Virus record (IMG/VR): IMGVR_UViG_3300015370_001131
Coordinates: 1-32,990 of that record
Strand: one strand, 5' to 3'
Source: a virus
Taxonomy: Duplodnaviria; Caudoviricetes
DNA: 32,990 nt
Shown piece after piece: positions 10,554-19,172 of the stretch. The stretch's first letter is position 1; every line of letters starts with the position of its first letter. Under the pieces are notes generated by a model that had not been told where the DNA came from, did no database searches, and saw nothing but the letters and a program-made list of their open reading frames with translations. The position numbers and the translations under genes are program-made.

Positions 10554-10915
10554 GAGACCAGCAGCGACAGGACCAGGCCGCGCACCTCCGCCTTGTCCTT
10601 GGGGTCCCGCAGCTGCCCGAGAAAACGCGCGGTCTCCTGACCCACCTCCGGGGTCCAGACCTCCCCAGGGTCCCGGTCCTGGGGTGCGATGTCCTCCGGG
10701 ATCAGGAGGCACCCGAGGAGGTCCAGGATCACGCCGCTCTCGACCGTCACTTCGAGCAGCCGCCGGGCGAACGCTTCGGGGCTCTCGCCAGGCTGCATGA
10801 CCACCTCATCGATCCTGGCCCGCCCCACCAGGGACAGGAACCGGAAGTCCTGCTCCACGGTGGATTCGCGCAGCGGCAGGAACGTGCGGCCGCCGATCGT
10901 GTGCTTGTCGCTCAT
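10346..10915 (-). CDS. Tail assembly chaperone (gpG-like), 189 aa
   Basis: Start MSDKHTIGG overlaps the major tail stop; lies between major tail and TMP; contains slippery T TTT TTC. Confidence 0.8.
   Translation of the reverse strand: MSDKHTIGGRTFLPLRESTVEQDFRFLSLVGRARIDEVVMQPGESPEAFARRLLEVTVESGVILDLLGCLLIPEDIAPQDRDPGEVWTPEVGQETARFLGQLRDPKDKAEVRGLVLSLLVSFFESGIVSLWTSTTSSTEAIPEPESKQKPRAGTAPGPSSSANSPQGTTTAPSGSSAGRSGSPSPPTAG
10547..10553 (-). other. Programmed -1 ribosomal frameshift heptamer T TTT TTC
   Basis: GTC TCT TTT TTC GAG in the gpG frame fits X XXY YYZ; a T6 run is rare in this GC-rich operon. Confidence 0.75.
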
Positions 10916-11682
10916 CACGCGATCCTGATCAGCCGGTAGTGCGGCTCGTTGGGGTGGTTGGCGGCATCGGACTCGATGTCTCCGGTCATGGTGAAGCTCG
11001 CGTACTCGTCCGAGATGAACCCGATGGCGCCGTCGGCTCGCATGGACGCCCGCCAGATCTCGCACTCGTACTTGGGGCCGCGGGCGGGGTCGCCGATGAA
11101 CCGCAGGTACCCCTTGACCGAGGTCTGGTTCATGCCGCGCACGGTCGGAAGCGCGATGGTGCCATAGGTGTAGTCCACCTCGATGTCCGACAGGTCGGTG
11201 ATCGCGCCACCCTCGACGATGTAGATGCGGCCGGTCGTGGCATCGACCTTGTAGTCGTCGTCCACGGTGTAGGTCGGGGTGCCGCCGGTGCCGGTGACGG
11301 TGACCAGGCTCACCTGACGCATCGCGAGCGCGTAGTACCGGCCCTGCAAGACGCCGGCGATCTCCTCGGCGGTGACGGTCGAGCCGGTCTGGGCCAGCGT
11401 CGCTGTGTCGCCGAACAGCGCCATGGCGAGGTTCTCCTTGGAGAACTCGTCGCCCACGATCCGGATCGCGAGCGTGGTGCGCAGCACGTCCGAGGCGATC
11501 AGGTCGGCCGACCGATCGGCGCTCGAGTACTTCTTGATGTCCTCGCTGGTGGGCGTGATCTCGAACGTCGGGCAGTTGCCCAGGAACAGCTCGCCGGTGC
11601 GCACGCCGCCCGAGTCGAACCGGTCGAAGTAGATCTTGCCCCTGCCGAGCAGGATGTTGTTGCCGTTGACGACCTCGGGCAT
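10915..11682 (-). CDS. Major tail (tube) protein, 255 aa
   Basis: 'LGRGKIYF...FLGNCPTFEIT...ENLAMALFG' resembles siphovirus tube proteins; synteny before chaperone and TMP. Confidence 0.85.
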   Translation of the reverse strand: MPEVVNGNNILLGRGKIYFDRFDSGGVRTGELFLGNCPTFEITPTSEDIKKYSSADRSADLIASDVLRTTLAIRIVGDEFSKENLAMALFGDTATLAQTGSTVTAEEIAGVLQGRYYALAMRQVSLVTVTGTGGTPTYTVDDDYKVDATTGRIYIVEGGAITDLSDIEVDYTYGTIALPTVRGMNQTSVKGYLRFIGDPARGPKYECEIWRASMRADGAIGFISDEYASFTMTGDIESDAANHPNEPHYRLIRIA

Positions 11683-11695
11683 GGCTTTCTCCCTC

Positions 11696-12166
11696 TTAGG
11701 TCAGGGTCTCCGCGTCATCGGCGCGGGACTGGTAATCGATCCGGAACGTCATGGTGGCGCGGCAGAACGATGTCTCGGCCTGCTCGTACTCGAACTTGGT
11801 GCCGATCTCGTCGGCGGGGCCATTCGCGAAGCCACCGAACGTGCCGGCTGCCGCCAGCGCGGTCGTGGCGAAGGCCAGGATCGGATCGGCCGCCTTGTCG
11901 GGTTCCTCACCTGCTCCGGCCTTGGTCAGGACCTCGACGCTCACCAGCACCGACCGCCGCACGATGGGCCCGCGGCTGGCCGTGCCGGTCTTGGCTTCCC
12001 GCATCGTCTCGACCGTCTCGGCCCCCTGGTAGACCGTCAGCGCGGGCAACTGGTCTGAGCCGGGCGAGTCCAGGCGCGTCCGCACCGGGGCGGGGACGCC
12101 CACGGGCGCGTCGGTGGCCAGAGCCAGGACGGCGGCCGCGACGATCTGCTCACGGATCGTGCTCAT
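11696..12166 (-). CDS. Putative tail terminator / tail completion protein (gpU-like), 156 aa
   Basis: 'IREQIVAA...L...LPALTVY...E' pattern; immediately upstream of the major tail gene. Confidence 0.7.
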   Translation of the reverse strand: MSTIREQIVAAAVLALATDAPVGVPAPVRTRLDSPGSDQLPALTVYQGAETVETMREAKTGTASRGPIVRRSVLVSVEVLTKAGAGEEPDKAADPILAFATTALAAAGTFGGFANGPADEIGTKFEYEQAETSFCRATMTFRIDYQSRADDAETLT

Positions 12167-12468
12167 GGCGTCCTCAGCGCGACTCGGACCATGGCCCCGT
12201 CTCCGTAGGGCAGGACCTTCAGAACGGTGTAGGCCGTGCCGCCGACTGTGATCGCGGCCCCTGACTGCAGTCCCGGCAGCACCCCGCTCTGGACGTGGAC
12301 GATCTCATCGGCGGCCACGACCGCGGGCATCTCACCGCCCAGGATCTCGACGGCCTCGCGGTCGAGCAGCCCGAAGACTGTGACGTCGCCGAGGGTGACC
12401 TCGACCACGCCACCGGCTTCAGCCAGGTCCGCGAGCATCGCCGCGATGTCGAAGCCGCCGAGGGACAT
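12163..12468 (-). CDS. Head-tail joining protein (gpFII-like), 101 aa
   Basis: Small beta-rich ORF ending 'G..ITVGG..Y.V....P.GDG....L'; neck position. Confidence 0.7.
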   Translation of the reverse strand: MSLGGFDIAAMLADLAEAGGVVEVTLGDVTVFGLLDREAVEILGGEMPAVVAADEIVHVQSGVLPGLQSGAAITVGGTAYTVLKVLPYGDGAMVRVALRTP

Positions 12469-12471
12469 GGT

Positions 12472-12861
12472 TCAGCTCGCCTTCGTGATCCCGACGAACT
12501 CCACGCCGAAGTCGAACGACGGCGTGGTGCCGGCGATGGTGCCGATCACCCGCAGGTATCGCTTCAGGTCCGAGACGTTCAGCTTCATGACCTTCACGCC
12601 GGCGGTCTCGGCCGCGTCGGTGACCTGGGAGAACGTGCCGCTGGTGACATCCTCGTAGGTCGAGTCGTCGTCCGAGTGCTGCAGCTTCACGTCCAGGGTG
12701 GGGCTGGTGCCGGTGCCGGCCGAGGCGTTCAGCAGCACCAGGGCCACGCCCTCGTACTCGAGCACGTCGATGCCGGTCCCGGTCAGGGTCGAGGTCCGGC
12801 TGGCCGCCGGGGCCAGTTCGACGCCGGTCGCCTGGGCCAGGGCGTTCAGTAGGTGGGTCAT
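12472..12861 (-). CDS. Putative capsid cement/decoration protein (Bbp16-like), 129 aa
   Basis: Start MTHLLNAL after GGAGGT RBS; 'TLDVKLQHSDD...LKRYLRV' resembles cement jelly-roll proteins; close to the capsid gene. Confidence 0.55.
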   Translation of the reverse strand: MTHLLNALAQATGVELAPAASRTSTLTGTGIDVLEYEGVALVLLNASAGTGTSPTLDVKLQHSDDDSTYEDVTSGTFSQVTDAAETAGVKVMKLNVSDLKRYLRVIGTIAGTTPSFDFGVEFVGITKAS

Positions 12862-12865
12862 GCGG

Positions 12866-13171
12866 TTACCTCCCGCCGGCGCGCGGCCGGCCTTTGCGCC
12901 CCTGAGGCGCCAGGGTGTCGGGGTCCCGGTCTTCGGTGGCCGGGTCCCCATGGCTGATGGTGGCGGGCCCGGAGGCCGCGGGAGCCTCCGGACCCGCCGC
13001 GGGCACGGACGGGATGACGCGGGCGTAGCCCATCCGGACCTTCTTGCGGGCGTCCGCGATCGACAGGTCCTTCGGAGCCACCAGGATCTGGCCGGGCAGG
13101 ACGTCGTTGCCTTCGCCTCCCAGGCAGTGACCCGTCGTGACCTCGATGGTGAGCGTGCCTTGCTCCGTCAT
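12866..13171 (-). CDS. Small head-associated hypothetical protein, 101 aa
   Basis: Start MTEQGTL shortly after the capsid stop, with GAAGGG RBS; folded N-terminal half and Pro/Ala-rich basic tail. Confidence 0.6.
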   Translation of the reverse strand: MTEQGTLTIEVTTGHCLGGEGNDVLPGQILVAPKDLSIADARKKVRMGYARVIPSVPAAGPEAPAASGPATISHGDPATEDRDPDTLAPQGRKGRPRAGGR

Positions 13172-13194
13172 GCGTTCTATCCCTTCGTGCCCGG

Positions 13195-15177
13195 TTACGA
13201 CAGCGTCGCGCCGGTGCCCTTGACGAACGACTCGCCACGCCGGACGGCGGTGTCGGCCATCGAGTAGCTGGTGATCAGGATCTGGCCGCGGGCGGCCTTG
13301 GTGACGACGTCGACTACGATCTCGAGGTCGTTGCCCCACATGCCCACCAGCAGGTCGTTCCAGTTCCCGAAGACCAGGCCGTGCTCATTGCTGCCGGCTC
13401 CCAGCGTCTTGGAGATCTGGTTCGTGGTACGGGCGGGGTAGCCGCCGAGCTCGCCCTCGCGGTAGGTGCCCGCCCACAGGAAGACCGGGTAGCCGCTGAC
13501 CAGGGGCGTGCGCTTGAGCACGCCGGCCATCAGCGGGGTGGTCATCCAGGACAGGGCCCCCAGGTCGGCGTTCTTGTCCGCGACCAGGGCGGGCATCGTG
13601 GTGATGTCCGTCAGGTCGGGCACGCCGCCCACGGCGTGGGACTGCACGTCGGCCGCGCCGTAGATGCCCACGGGCTGCTTGTCGGTGCCCTTGCCGTGGA
13701 GCGCGCCGAGATCCAGGGCCAGGCCGTGTCCGGTCGCCAGGTCGCTGCGGATGTCGGCCTCGACGTCGATCGAGGACATCACCAAGAGCTGCCGGGGGAT
13801 CTGCACCTGGCCGATCAGGGTCTTGGGCGATAGGGACACGTAGCCGTAAGCGGGCTCGGACCCGGGAGCATCGCTCGGGGGGTTCTCCTCCATCCAGGAC
13901 ACCGTCGGAGCGCCGGTCTTCTTGTTGAAGTACACGACGCCCTGCAGGCCCGGATAGAGCTTCGCGCCAGCGACCAGCACCAGGGCGCGGTTACGCAGCA
14001 GGTCGATCATGTCGGGCATGATCTGCTGGCCGACCAGGGTTGCCCCGCCCGAGGGCTGGGTGGTGCCCAGCACGCGCTGCTGGTCGTCGTCGCTCAGACG
14101 CCACGGCACGAGCACCCCGCCGTGGTCCGCGCCGGTGCGGTGCTTCGTGAGCTCCTCGTGGACCTCGGCCTCGAGGCCGTCGTACCTGGCGCGCTTGCCA
14201 TCCATCAGTTCGGCCTGCATGCGGATCGCGCGGTGGATGGAGTAGCGCTTCTTGTCCCGGGCCGGCATCGCGGCCAGGGCCTCGGCCGAGGGCTGCGCCG
14301 GGCCATGGGTGCGGACGGCCTTGAGGATCTCGCGCGAGACCTGGTCGGGGCTGAGGCCCTGCCTGATCCAGCCGGCGGCCTTGTCGGTCACGCCGTGGGC
14401 CTGGGCCATGTCCATGATCTCGGCCGCTTCGGCGCCGCGATCGCGGGTCTCGGTCACCTTGGGTGCCGGCGCAGACGCCGCCGGCCCGACCGGGGTCTCG
14501 TTGCCCTGCGCGGGCGCGCCCTGCGCGGCGGGCTGGGGGGTTCCTGCATCGACACTCATGGTTCGTTCTCCTTCGGAAGCGGGCTCTTCGATCGTGAACT
14601 CGACCAAGTCGGCCTCGGGCACATCACGGGTGCGTCCGAAGCCGACCTTGTGGTCAGCGGGAATGGGTTCGGTGGACACCTCGTAGGGCATCCAGCGGCA
14701 GCGGTAGGTCGCAAGACCGGTCTTCTTGTCCTTGGAGACCATGTCCATCGACAGAACCTGATAGCCGACGGAGACGGTCTTGATGTGCCCCTCGCGGAGC
14801 ATCGTCTCCTGCTCCTGGCCCAGCGGGATGGACGAGAAACTCGCCATGCCCCGCAGGCGACCGCGCTTCTCGTCGAGCTCGATGTCGTTCACCGAGCCGA
14901 AGTGCAGAAGGCGCTGGTGGGACTTGATCAGCGGCAGGCCGTTCTTCGCCCTGGTGAGGTCCACGTCGCCTGAGACGTGGGACAGGACCTCGTCGTACTC
15001 CTCCCAGGTGTCCCAGGAGTAGCGGCGGACGGGAGCCTCGCTGGAGAAGGACACCGGGTAGAGGCGGATCTGGCCCTCGCCTTGGTCGGCGCGGGTCTCG
15101 ACTTCGACCTCGAAGTCCCGGTACTGGATGCGCGGCACCTTCACGGTTCGCGTCTTGATGGCAGTCGGTGTGTCCAT
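13195..15177 (-). CDS. Prohead protease-major capsid protein fusion (HK97 fold), 660 aa
   Basis: N-terminal 'SFSSEAPV...H...VSVGY...W.PYEVSTEPIPAD..VG.GR' protease domain, a Pro/Ala linker, then capsid domain ('WMEEN...LSPKT...FGNWNDLL'). Confidence 0.92.
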   Translation of the reverse strand: MDTPTAIKTRTVKVPRIQYRDFEVEVETRADQGEGQIRLYPVSFSSEAPVRRYSWDTWEEYDEVLSHVSGDVDLTRAKNGLPLIKSHQRLLHFGSVNDIELDEKRGRLRGMASFSSIPLGQEQETMLREGHIKTVSVGYQVLSMDMVSKDKKTGLATYRCRWMPYEVSTEPIPADHKVGFGRTRDVPEADLVEFTIEEPASEGERTMSVDAGTPQPAAQGAPAQGNETPVGPAASAPAPKVTETRDRGAEAAEIMDMAQAHGVTDKAAGWIRQGLSPDQVSREILKAVRTHGPAQPSAEALAAMPARDKKRYSIHRAIRMQAELMDGKRARYDGLEAEVHEELTKHRTGADHGGVLVPWRLSDDDQQRVLGTTQPSGGATLVGQQIMPDMIDLLRNRALVLVAGAKLYPGLQGVVYFNKKTGAPTVSWMEENPPSDAPGSEPAYGYVSLSPKTLIGQVQIPRQLLVMSSIDVEADIRSDLATGHGLALDLGALHGKGTDKQPVGIYGAADVQSHAVGGVPDLTDITTMPALVADKNADLGALSWMTTPLMAGVLKRTPLVSGYPVFLWAGTYREGELGGYPARTTNQISKTLGAGSNEHGLVFGNWNDLLVGMWGNDLEIVVDVVTKAARGQILITSYSMADTAVRRGESFVKGTGATLS

Positions 15178-15206
15178 GCACCCAGTAGTGATTCATCCGC
15201 GAAAGG

Positions 15207-15239
15207 CCGACCAATCTAAATGTCATTTAGATTGGTCGG
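15207..15239. promoter_or_regulatory. Perfect inverted repeat CCGACCAATCTAAATG-T-CATTTAGATTGGTCGG centred between divergent head genes
   Basis: 16-bp arms and 1-nt spacer read directly; lies 29 and 28 nt from the two divergent ATGs. The regulatory role is inferred. Confidence 0.75.
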
Positions 15240-15267
15240 GTCCTGAGCGCGGTGTCACCGTGGGCGC

Positions 15268-15825
15268 ATGGCACAGGAACTCACAAACCTCCCCGATCAG
15301 TTCGCCGCCGGCACGACCGTCAGCTACCGCAGGCGGTTGACGGACTTTCCGGCATCTGCCGGCTGGACACTCCGGCTCCATCTGGCCGGCGCGAGCGTGC
15401 TCGCCAAGACCGCGGCCGCCGATGGCGACGACTTCCTGGTCACCATCGAGGCTTCCGATACCGAGGGCGACTTCACAGCTGGCCTATACAAATGGGTCGA
15501 GCGGGTCAGCAGCGCGGGCGGAGAGGTCTACGAGGTAGACCGCGGCGCCATCACGGTGCTGCCCAACCTGGCCGAGGCCTCCGAAGGCAGCGAGCAGGAG
15601 TGGATCGAGCGGGCGGTCACGATGCTGCGGGCCCACATCGAGGGCCGGCTGCCCGCGGGGATGGAGAGTTACCAGATCGCCGGCCGCGTCGTCGCCAAGA
15701 TGCCGATCAAGGAGGCGATGAGCCTCCTGGCAAGCCTCGAATCCCGTCTCGCTGGCCTCAAAAACCCCGGGGCCTTCACGCGACCGGTGCTCGTGTCGTT
15801 CACCAAGCCAGGGTTCGATCGATGA
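15268..15825 (+). CDS. Head completion / gpW-like protein preceding portal, 185 aa
   Basis: Coupled (ATGA) to the portal; C-terminal 'ESYQIAGR....M...E' is gpW-like, with a longer N-terminal beta domain. Confidence 0.7.
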   Translation: MAQELTNLPDQFAAGTTVSYRRRLTDFPASAGWTLRLHLAGASVLAKTAAADGDDFLVTIEASDTEGDFTAGLYKWVERVSSAGGEVYEVDRGAITVLPNLAEASEGSEQEWIERAVTMLRAHIEGRLPAGMESYQIAGRVVAKMPIKEAMSLLASLESRLAGLKNPGAFTRPVLVSFTKPGFDR

Positions 15826-17342
15826 AGCGACCGCTGCACAAGCGCCTTGGTCGCGCATTTCGGTCAGCCTTGCGGGAGTTGCGCGGTCAGCGCGGCGTAT
15901 TCGACGGGGCGGGAGTCCACCGCCTGCTCCTGGACTGGATCGCCCAGACCCGGTCCGCGGACGAGGAAGTCCGCGGCGACATCCGCATGCTGCGGGCCCG
16001 CGCCCGCGAACTCGGCCGCAACAACAGCTACGTCAAACGCTACTTCCGTCTGCTGGTGACCAACGTCATCGGACCTATGGGGATCAAGCTCCAGGCCCAG
16101 GTCTGGGCCGGCGACCAGCCCGACTCGAAGGCCAACGCCGCCATCGAAGAGGCGTGGAACGCCTGGGCCAACGCGCCGGTGACGGTCGACGGCCGGCTCA
16201 CCTTGCGCCGCTTCGAGAAGCTGATCCTCAAGACCGTGGCTTGCGATGGCGAGGCCTTTGTCCGCCTCTGGCGTGGGTTCGAGGGCAATGCCCACGGTTT
16301 GGCCCTGCAGGCGATCGACGCCGACCTGATCGACGAGACCTTCAATCGCCCTCGTCGCGGCACCCAGAACGAGATCCGCATGGGCGTGGAGATCGACGCC
16401 ATCGGGCGGCCGGTCGGCTATTGGATCTGGGACTCGGTCGGTACCGACCTGATGCGGGAGCGGTACTTCATCCCGGCCGCGGAGATGCTCCACCTCTACG
16501 ATCCCGACCGCGTGAACCAGACCAGGGGCGTCACATGGGTCCACTCGGTCATGGTCCCGGCTCACATGCTCAACGCCTACGAAGAGTCGGAGGCCGTCGC
16601 CGCTCGGATCGGCGCCTCGAAGATGGGGCTGTTCGAGAAGCGAGCCGACTCCCTGGCCGGCGACCTGGCCAGCGATCCTCGGCCTGCCACCATGGAGGCC
16701 AACCCGGGGACGTTCGAGATCGTCCCTGATGGCTACGAGTTCAAGGCGTGGGAACCGGATCATCCCACGGCGCAGTTCCCGGCATTCATCAAGCAGATGC
16801 TCCGCAAGATCGCCTCTGGGTTCAGCGTCTTCTACAACGTGCTCGCCAACGACGCCGAGGGCGTCAGCTATTCCACCATGCGCAGCTTCGCGCTAGTCGA
16901 ACGAGACGACTGGCGCTCCATCCAGCAGGACTTCATCGACATGTGGCGGCGACCGCTGTATGCGGCCTGGCTCGGCATGGCGTTGCTCACGGGCAGCCTG
17001 AAGCTCTCCTCCCGCGATCCCTCCCGCTACATGGCCGTCCGGCATCGTCCTCGTGGCTGGCAGTGGATCGACCCCGAGAAGGAAGCCAAGGCCGCGGTGC
17101 TCTCGATCCAGAACGGTCTGGGCACCAGGACGGGATTCCTGGCTGAAAAGGGTGAGGACATCGAGGACGTCTTCGCCGAACTGGCGCGCGAGCAGGCGCT
17201 GGCCAAGGAGTACGGCCTGTCGATTTTCGGGGAGCCGGTACCGGCGGAGGAACCCAAGGAAGAGCAGCCCAAGGACTCCGAGGATCCGGAAGAAGAGAAG
17301 GACGAGGATCAGGCCGAAGTCGAGGACGAGGTGAATGCGTAG
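15822..17342 (+). CDS. Lambda-family portal protein, 506 aa
   Basis: Start MKRPLHK at 15822. Motifs 'LRARAREL.RNN.Y', 'DGEAF', 'GVEID..GRP..Y', 'NQTRGV', 'WIDPEKE'; acidic C-terminal tail. Confidence 0.93.
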   Translation: MKRPLHKRLGRAFRSALRELRGQRGVFDGAGVHRLLLDWIAQTRSADEEVRGDIRMLRARARELGRNNSYVKRYFRLLVTNVIGPMGIKLQAQVWAGDQPDSKANAAIEEAWNAWANAPVTVDGRLTLRRFEKLILKTVACDGEAFVRLWRGFEGNAHGLALQAIDADLIDETFNRPRRGTQNEIRMGVEIDAIGRPVGYWIWDSVGTDLMRERYFIPAAEMLHLYDPDRVNQTRGVTWVHSVMVPAHMLNAYEESEAVAARIGASKMGLFEKRADSLAGDLASDPRPATMEANPGTFEIVPDGYEFKAWEPDHPTAQFPAFIKQMLRKIASGFSVFYNVLANDAEGVSYSTMRSFALVERDDWRSIQQDFIDMWRRPLYAAWLGMALLTGSLKLSSRDPSRYMAVRHRPRGWQWIDPEKEAKAAVLSIQNGLGTRTGFLAEKGEDIEDVFAELAREQALAKEYGLSIFGEPVPAEEPKEEQPKDSEDPEEEKDEDQAEVEDEVNA

Positions 17343-17412
17343 GGAGTGCTTCGCCGAAGCTCCGCGGCCTGACAGGTGCCCCAGACGAGGGGCGGAACGG
17401 AGAGGTTGGAAC

Positions 17413-17790
17413 GTGAGAACGAAGATCATCTGCTTGGTGCTGCTGGTCGTGGCCGCGGCATGGCTTCCTCTGCTGGGCCTGGCCGCACAGGACGGTGCGG
17501 TCGCCGAAGCCACGGGCTGGGTGCCATTCTACGGTACTGGCCCGGTTGGGTCGAAGCAGGCGCACATCCTCGACATGTACGCGTTGCCTGACCTGGGGAC
17601 GGTCACCATGTCGTTCTGGGTCTACGACGACGCGGCGCATACCTGGTCACGGCTCAAACCGAAGGCAGCGCTCGGAGACTCGGTCTTCACCCTGAGAGAG
17701 GGCCTGCCTGTGCGCTTCATCTTCGAGCCGAACGCTCCGGACGCAGCCTTTCTCTCGGGCGATGGCCGTGCTGACATGATGTGGGAGTAG
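17413..17790 (+). CDS. Exported hypothetical protein (signal peptide), 125 aa
   Basis: GTG start after GGAGAGG; N-terminus MRTKIICLVLLVVAAAWLPLLGLAAQD resembles a Sec signal peptide. Confidence 0.6.
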   Translation: MRTKIICLVLLVVAAAWLPLLGLAAQDGAVAEATGWVPFYGTGPVGSKQAHILDMYALPDLGTVTMSFWVYDDAAHTWSRLKPKAALGDSVFTLREGLPVRFIFEPNAPDAAFLSGDGRADMMWE

Positions 17791-17796
17791 GCGGTC

Positions 17797-18294
17797 ATGA
17801 GGACGCGGATTCTCATGACGGTCATCCTCATCTTGGTCGCGGAGGCCGTGCCCACGACGGTGTCTGCTCAGTACGGCGGTTCGGTGCACAACGGCGGCTG
17901 GGCCAACGGGACGGGTGTGCTTCTGCCGCCGCGTTTGGCGACGATTGCGCCAGACCCGATCCTCCTGGCCCTCTTGCCTCAGACGTCGTACACGGCGGGT
18001 GGTTCGAATGCCTTTGCCTACCTGTACCTGAATGCCCCGTTGTCCGAGGCCAGGGCGAGGATTCGGGTGGTCCGTCTCAGCGATTCGGCGGTCGTTGCGA
18101 CAAGTGGTTGGACGGGCACGCTGGACAATCGAGTGACCATCGCCGGGTTGGTGGTCGGGACGACTTACCGCGTTGAGGTGGAACTCCAGGCACTGACTCC
18201 GGCGTGGCTGAGCGTGTCGTGGACGACATTGGTCGCTTCGTATGTCCAGCCGGGCAAGAACGATCCCCCCTTCGACTACGACTTGCAGGGATGA
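17797..18294 (+). CDS. Exported protein with FN3/Ig-like C-terminal domain, 165 aa
   Basis: Signal-peptide-like N-terminus (…VSA-QY); 'VTIAGLVVGTTYRVEVE' resembles the fibronectin III motif. Confidence 0.6.
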   Translation: MRTRILMTVILILVAEAVPTTVSAQYGGSVHNGGWANGTGVLLPPRLATIAPDPILLALLPQTSYTAGGSNAFAYLYLNAPLSEARARIRVVRLSDSAVVATSGWTGTLDNRVTIAGLVVGTTYRVEVELQALTPAWLSVSWTTLVASYVQPGKNDPPFDYDLQG

Positions 18295-18304
18295 AAGGCT
18301 GTCA

Positions 18305-18664
18305 ATGGAACTGACACTCGAGGTAGCACGCAGCTTGGGACTTGGTGGACTCGGACTCATGGCGACAATGCTGGCCGTGAAGCTGGCCATCCAGACCGTC
18401 GACCTCGCCCGAAACCAGCTGTGGAGGCGCAACGGCAGCAACGGAACGAAGGTCGCCTTCGATGAGCTCAAGGTCGTGTGTCCGCTGGCCCCGGGCCGAC
18501 ACTCCCTCGACGACGTCCACGAGGTCCTGATCCAGATCCGAAGCGGGATGGAACGGCTCAACGAGACCCAGAAGGAGATCGAGACCGACATGAAGGACCG
18601 CAGCCAGCGGTTGTGCGACATCCTCGGGGCGCTGCGCCTCGAGCTGGCCCGAAGGGAGGCCTGA
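18305..18664 (+). CDS. Membrane protein with C-terminal coiled coil (holin-like/lysis-associated), 119 aa
   Basis: One N-terminal hydrophobic helix and a heptad-rich tail; directly upstream of the endolysin. Confidence 0.55.
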   Translation: MELTLEVARSLGLGGLGLMATMLAVKLAIQTVDLARNQLWRRNGSNGTKVAFDELKVVCPLAPGRHSLDDVHEVLIQIRSGMERLNETQKEIETDMKDRSQRLCDILGALRLELARREA

Positions 18665-18665
18665 C

Positions 18666-19160
18666 GTGACCAGCAGAGAGCTCTTCGACCGGGCGATCGA
18701 GGTCGTCCTCGAGCATGAGGGGGACACCTACACCGACAACCCTGTCGATCGGGGTGGACCCACGAAGTTCGGGATCGCCCAGCGTTGGAACCCGGATTTG
18801 GACGTGGCGAGCCTCACTCGAGCGCAAGCCGTCGAGGTCTACTGGGAGCGCTACTGGCGCGGTCATCGATACGAGTTCCTGCCCGAGGCGATCGCCATCA
18901 AGGTCTTCGATCTGGCCGTCAACCTCGGCAACAAGACGGCGGTGACGTGCCTCCAGCGCGCGCTTCAGGCCTGCGGTCTGCGGGTAGTGATCGACGGAAT
19001 TCTGGGCACCGAGACCTGTGGGGCTGCGGAGCAAGCCGACCAGAAGGCGTTGATGGCAGCTCTGAGATCCGAGGCCGCGGGCGAGTACCGGCTCCGGGTG
19101 GCCCGAAGCGCGGATCAGATCGTGTTCCAGGGCGGGTGGCTGAACCGGGCTTATGCCTGA
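18666..19160 (+). CDS. Endolysin, glycosyl hydrolase family 108 with peptidoglycan-binding domain
   Basis: 'HEG..Y.DNP.DRGGPTKFGI', 'FDLAVNLG', 'LQRAL...DGILG..T', 'F..GWLNR'. Confidence 0.9.
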   Translation: MTSRELFDRAIEVVLEHEGDTYTDNPVDRGGPTKFGIAQRWNPDLDVASLTRAQAVEVYWERYWRGHRYEFLPEAIAIKVFDLAVNLGNKTAVTCLQRALQACGLRVVIDGILGTETCGAAEQADQKALMAALRSEAAGEYRLRVARSADQIVFQGGWLNRAYA

Positions 19161-19172
19161 GAGGAGAGTGCA

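Noticed and set aside
15207-15239. Palindrome as a protelomerase telRL site, cos site or terminator
   Set aside because: It has an odd 1-nt centre, no protelomerase gene is seen, the element has an integrase, there is no U-tract, and it lies between divergent starts. A packaging-site role cannot be fully excluded.
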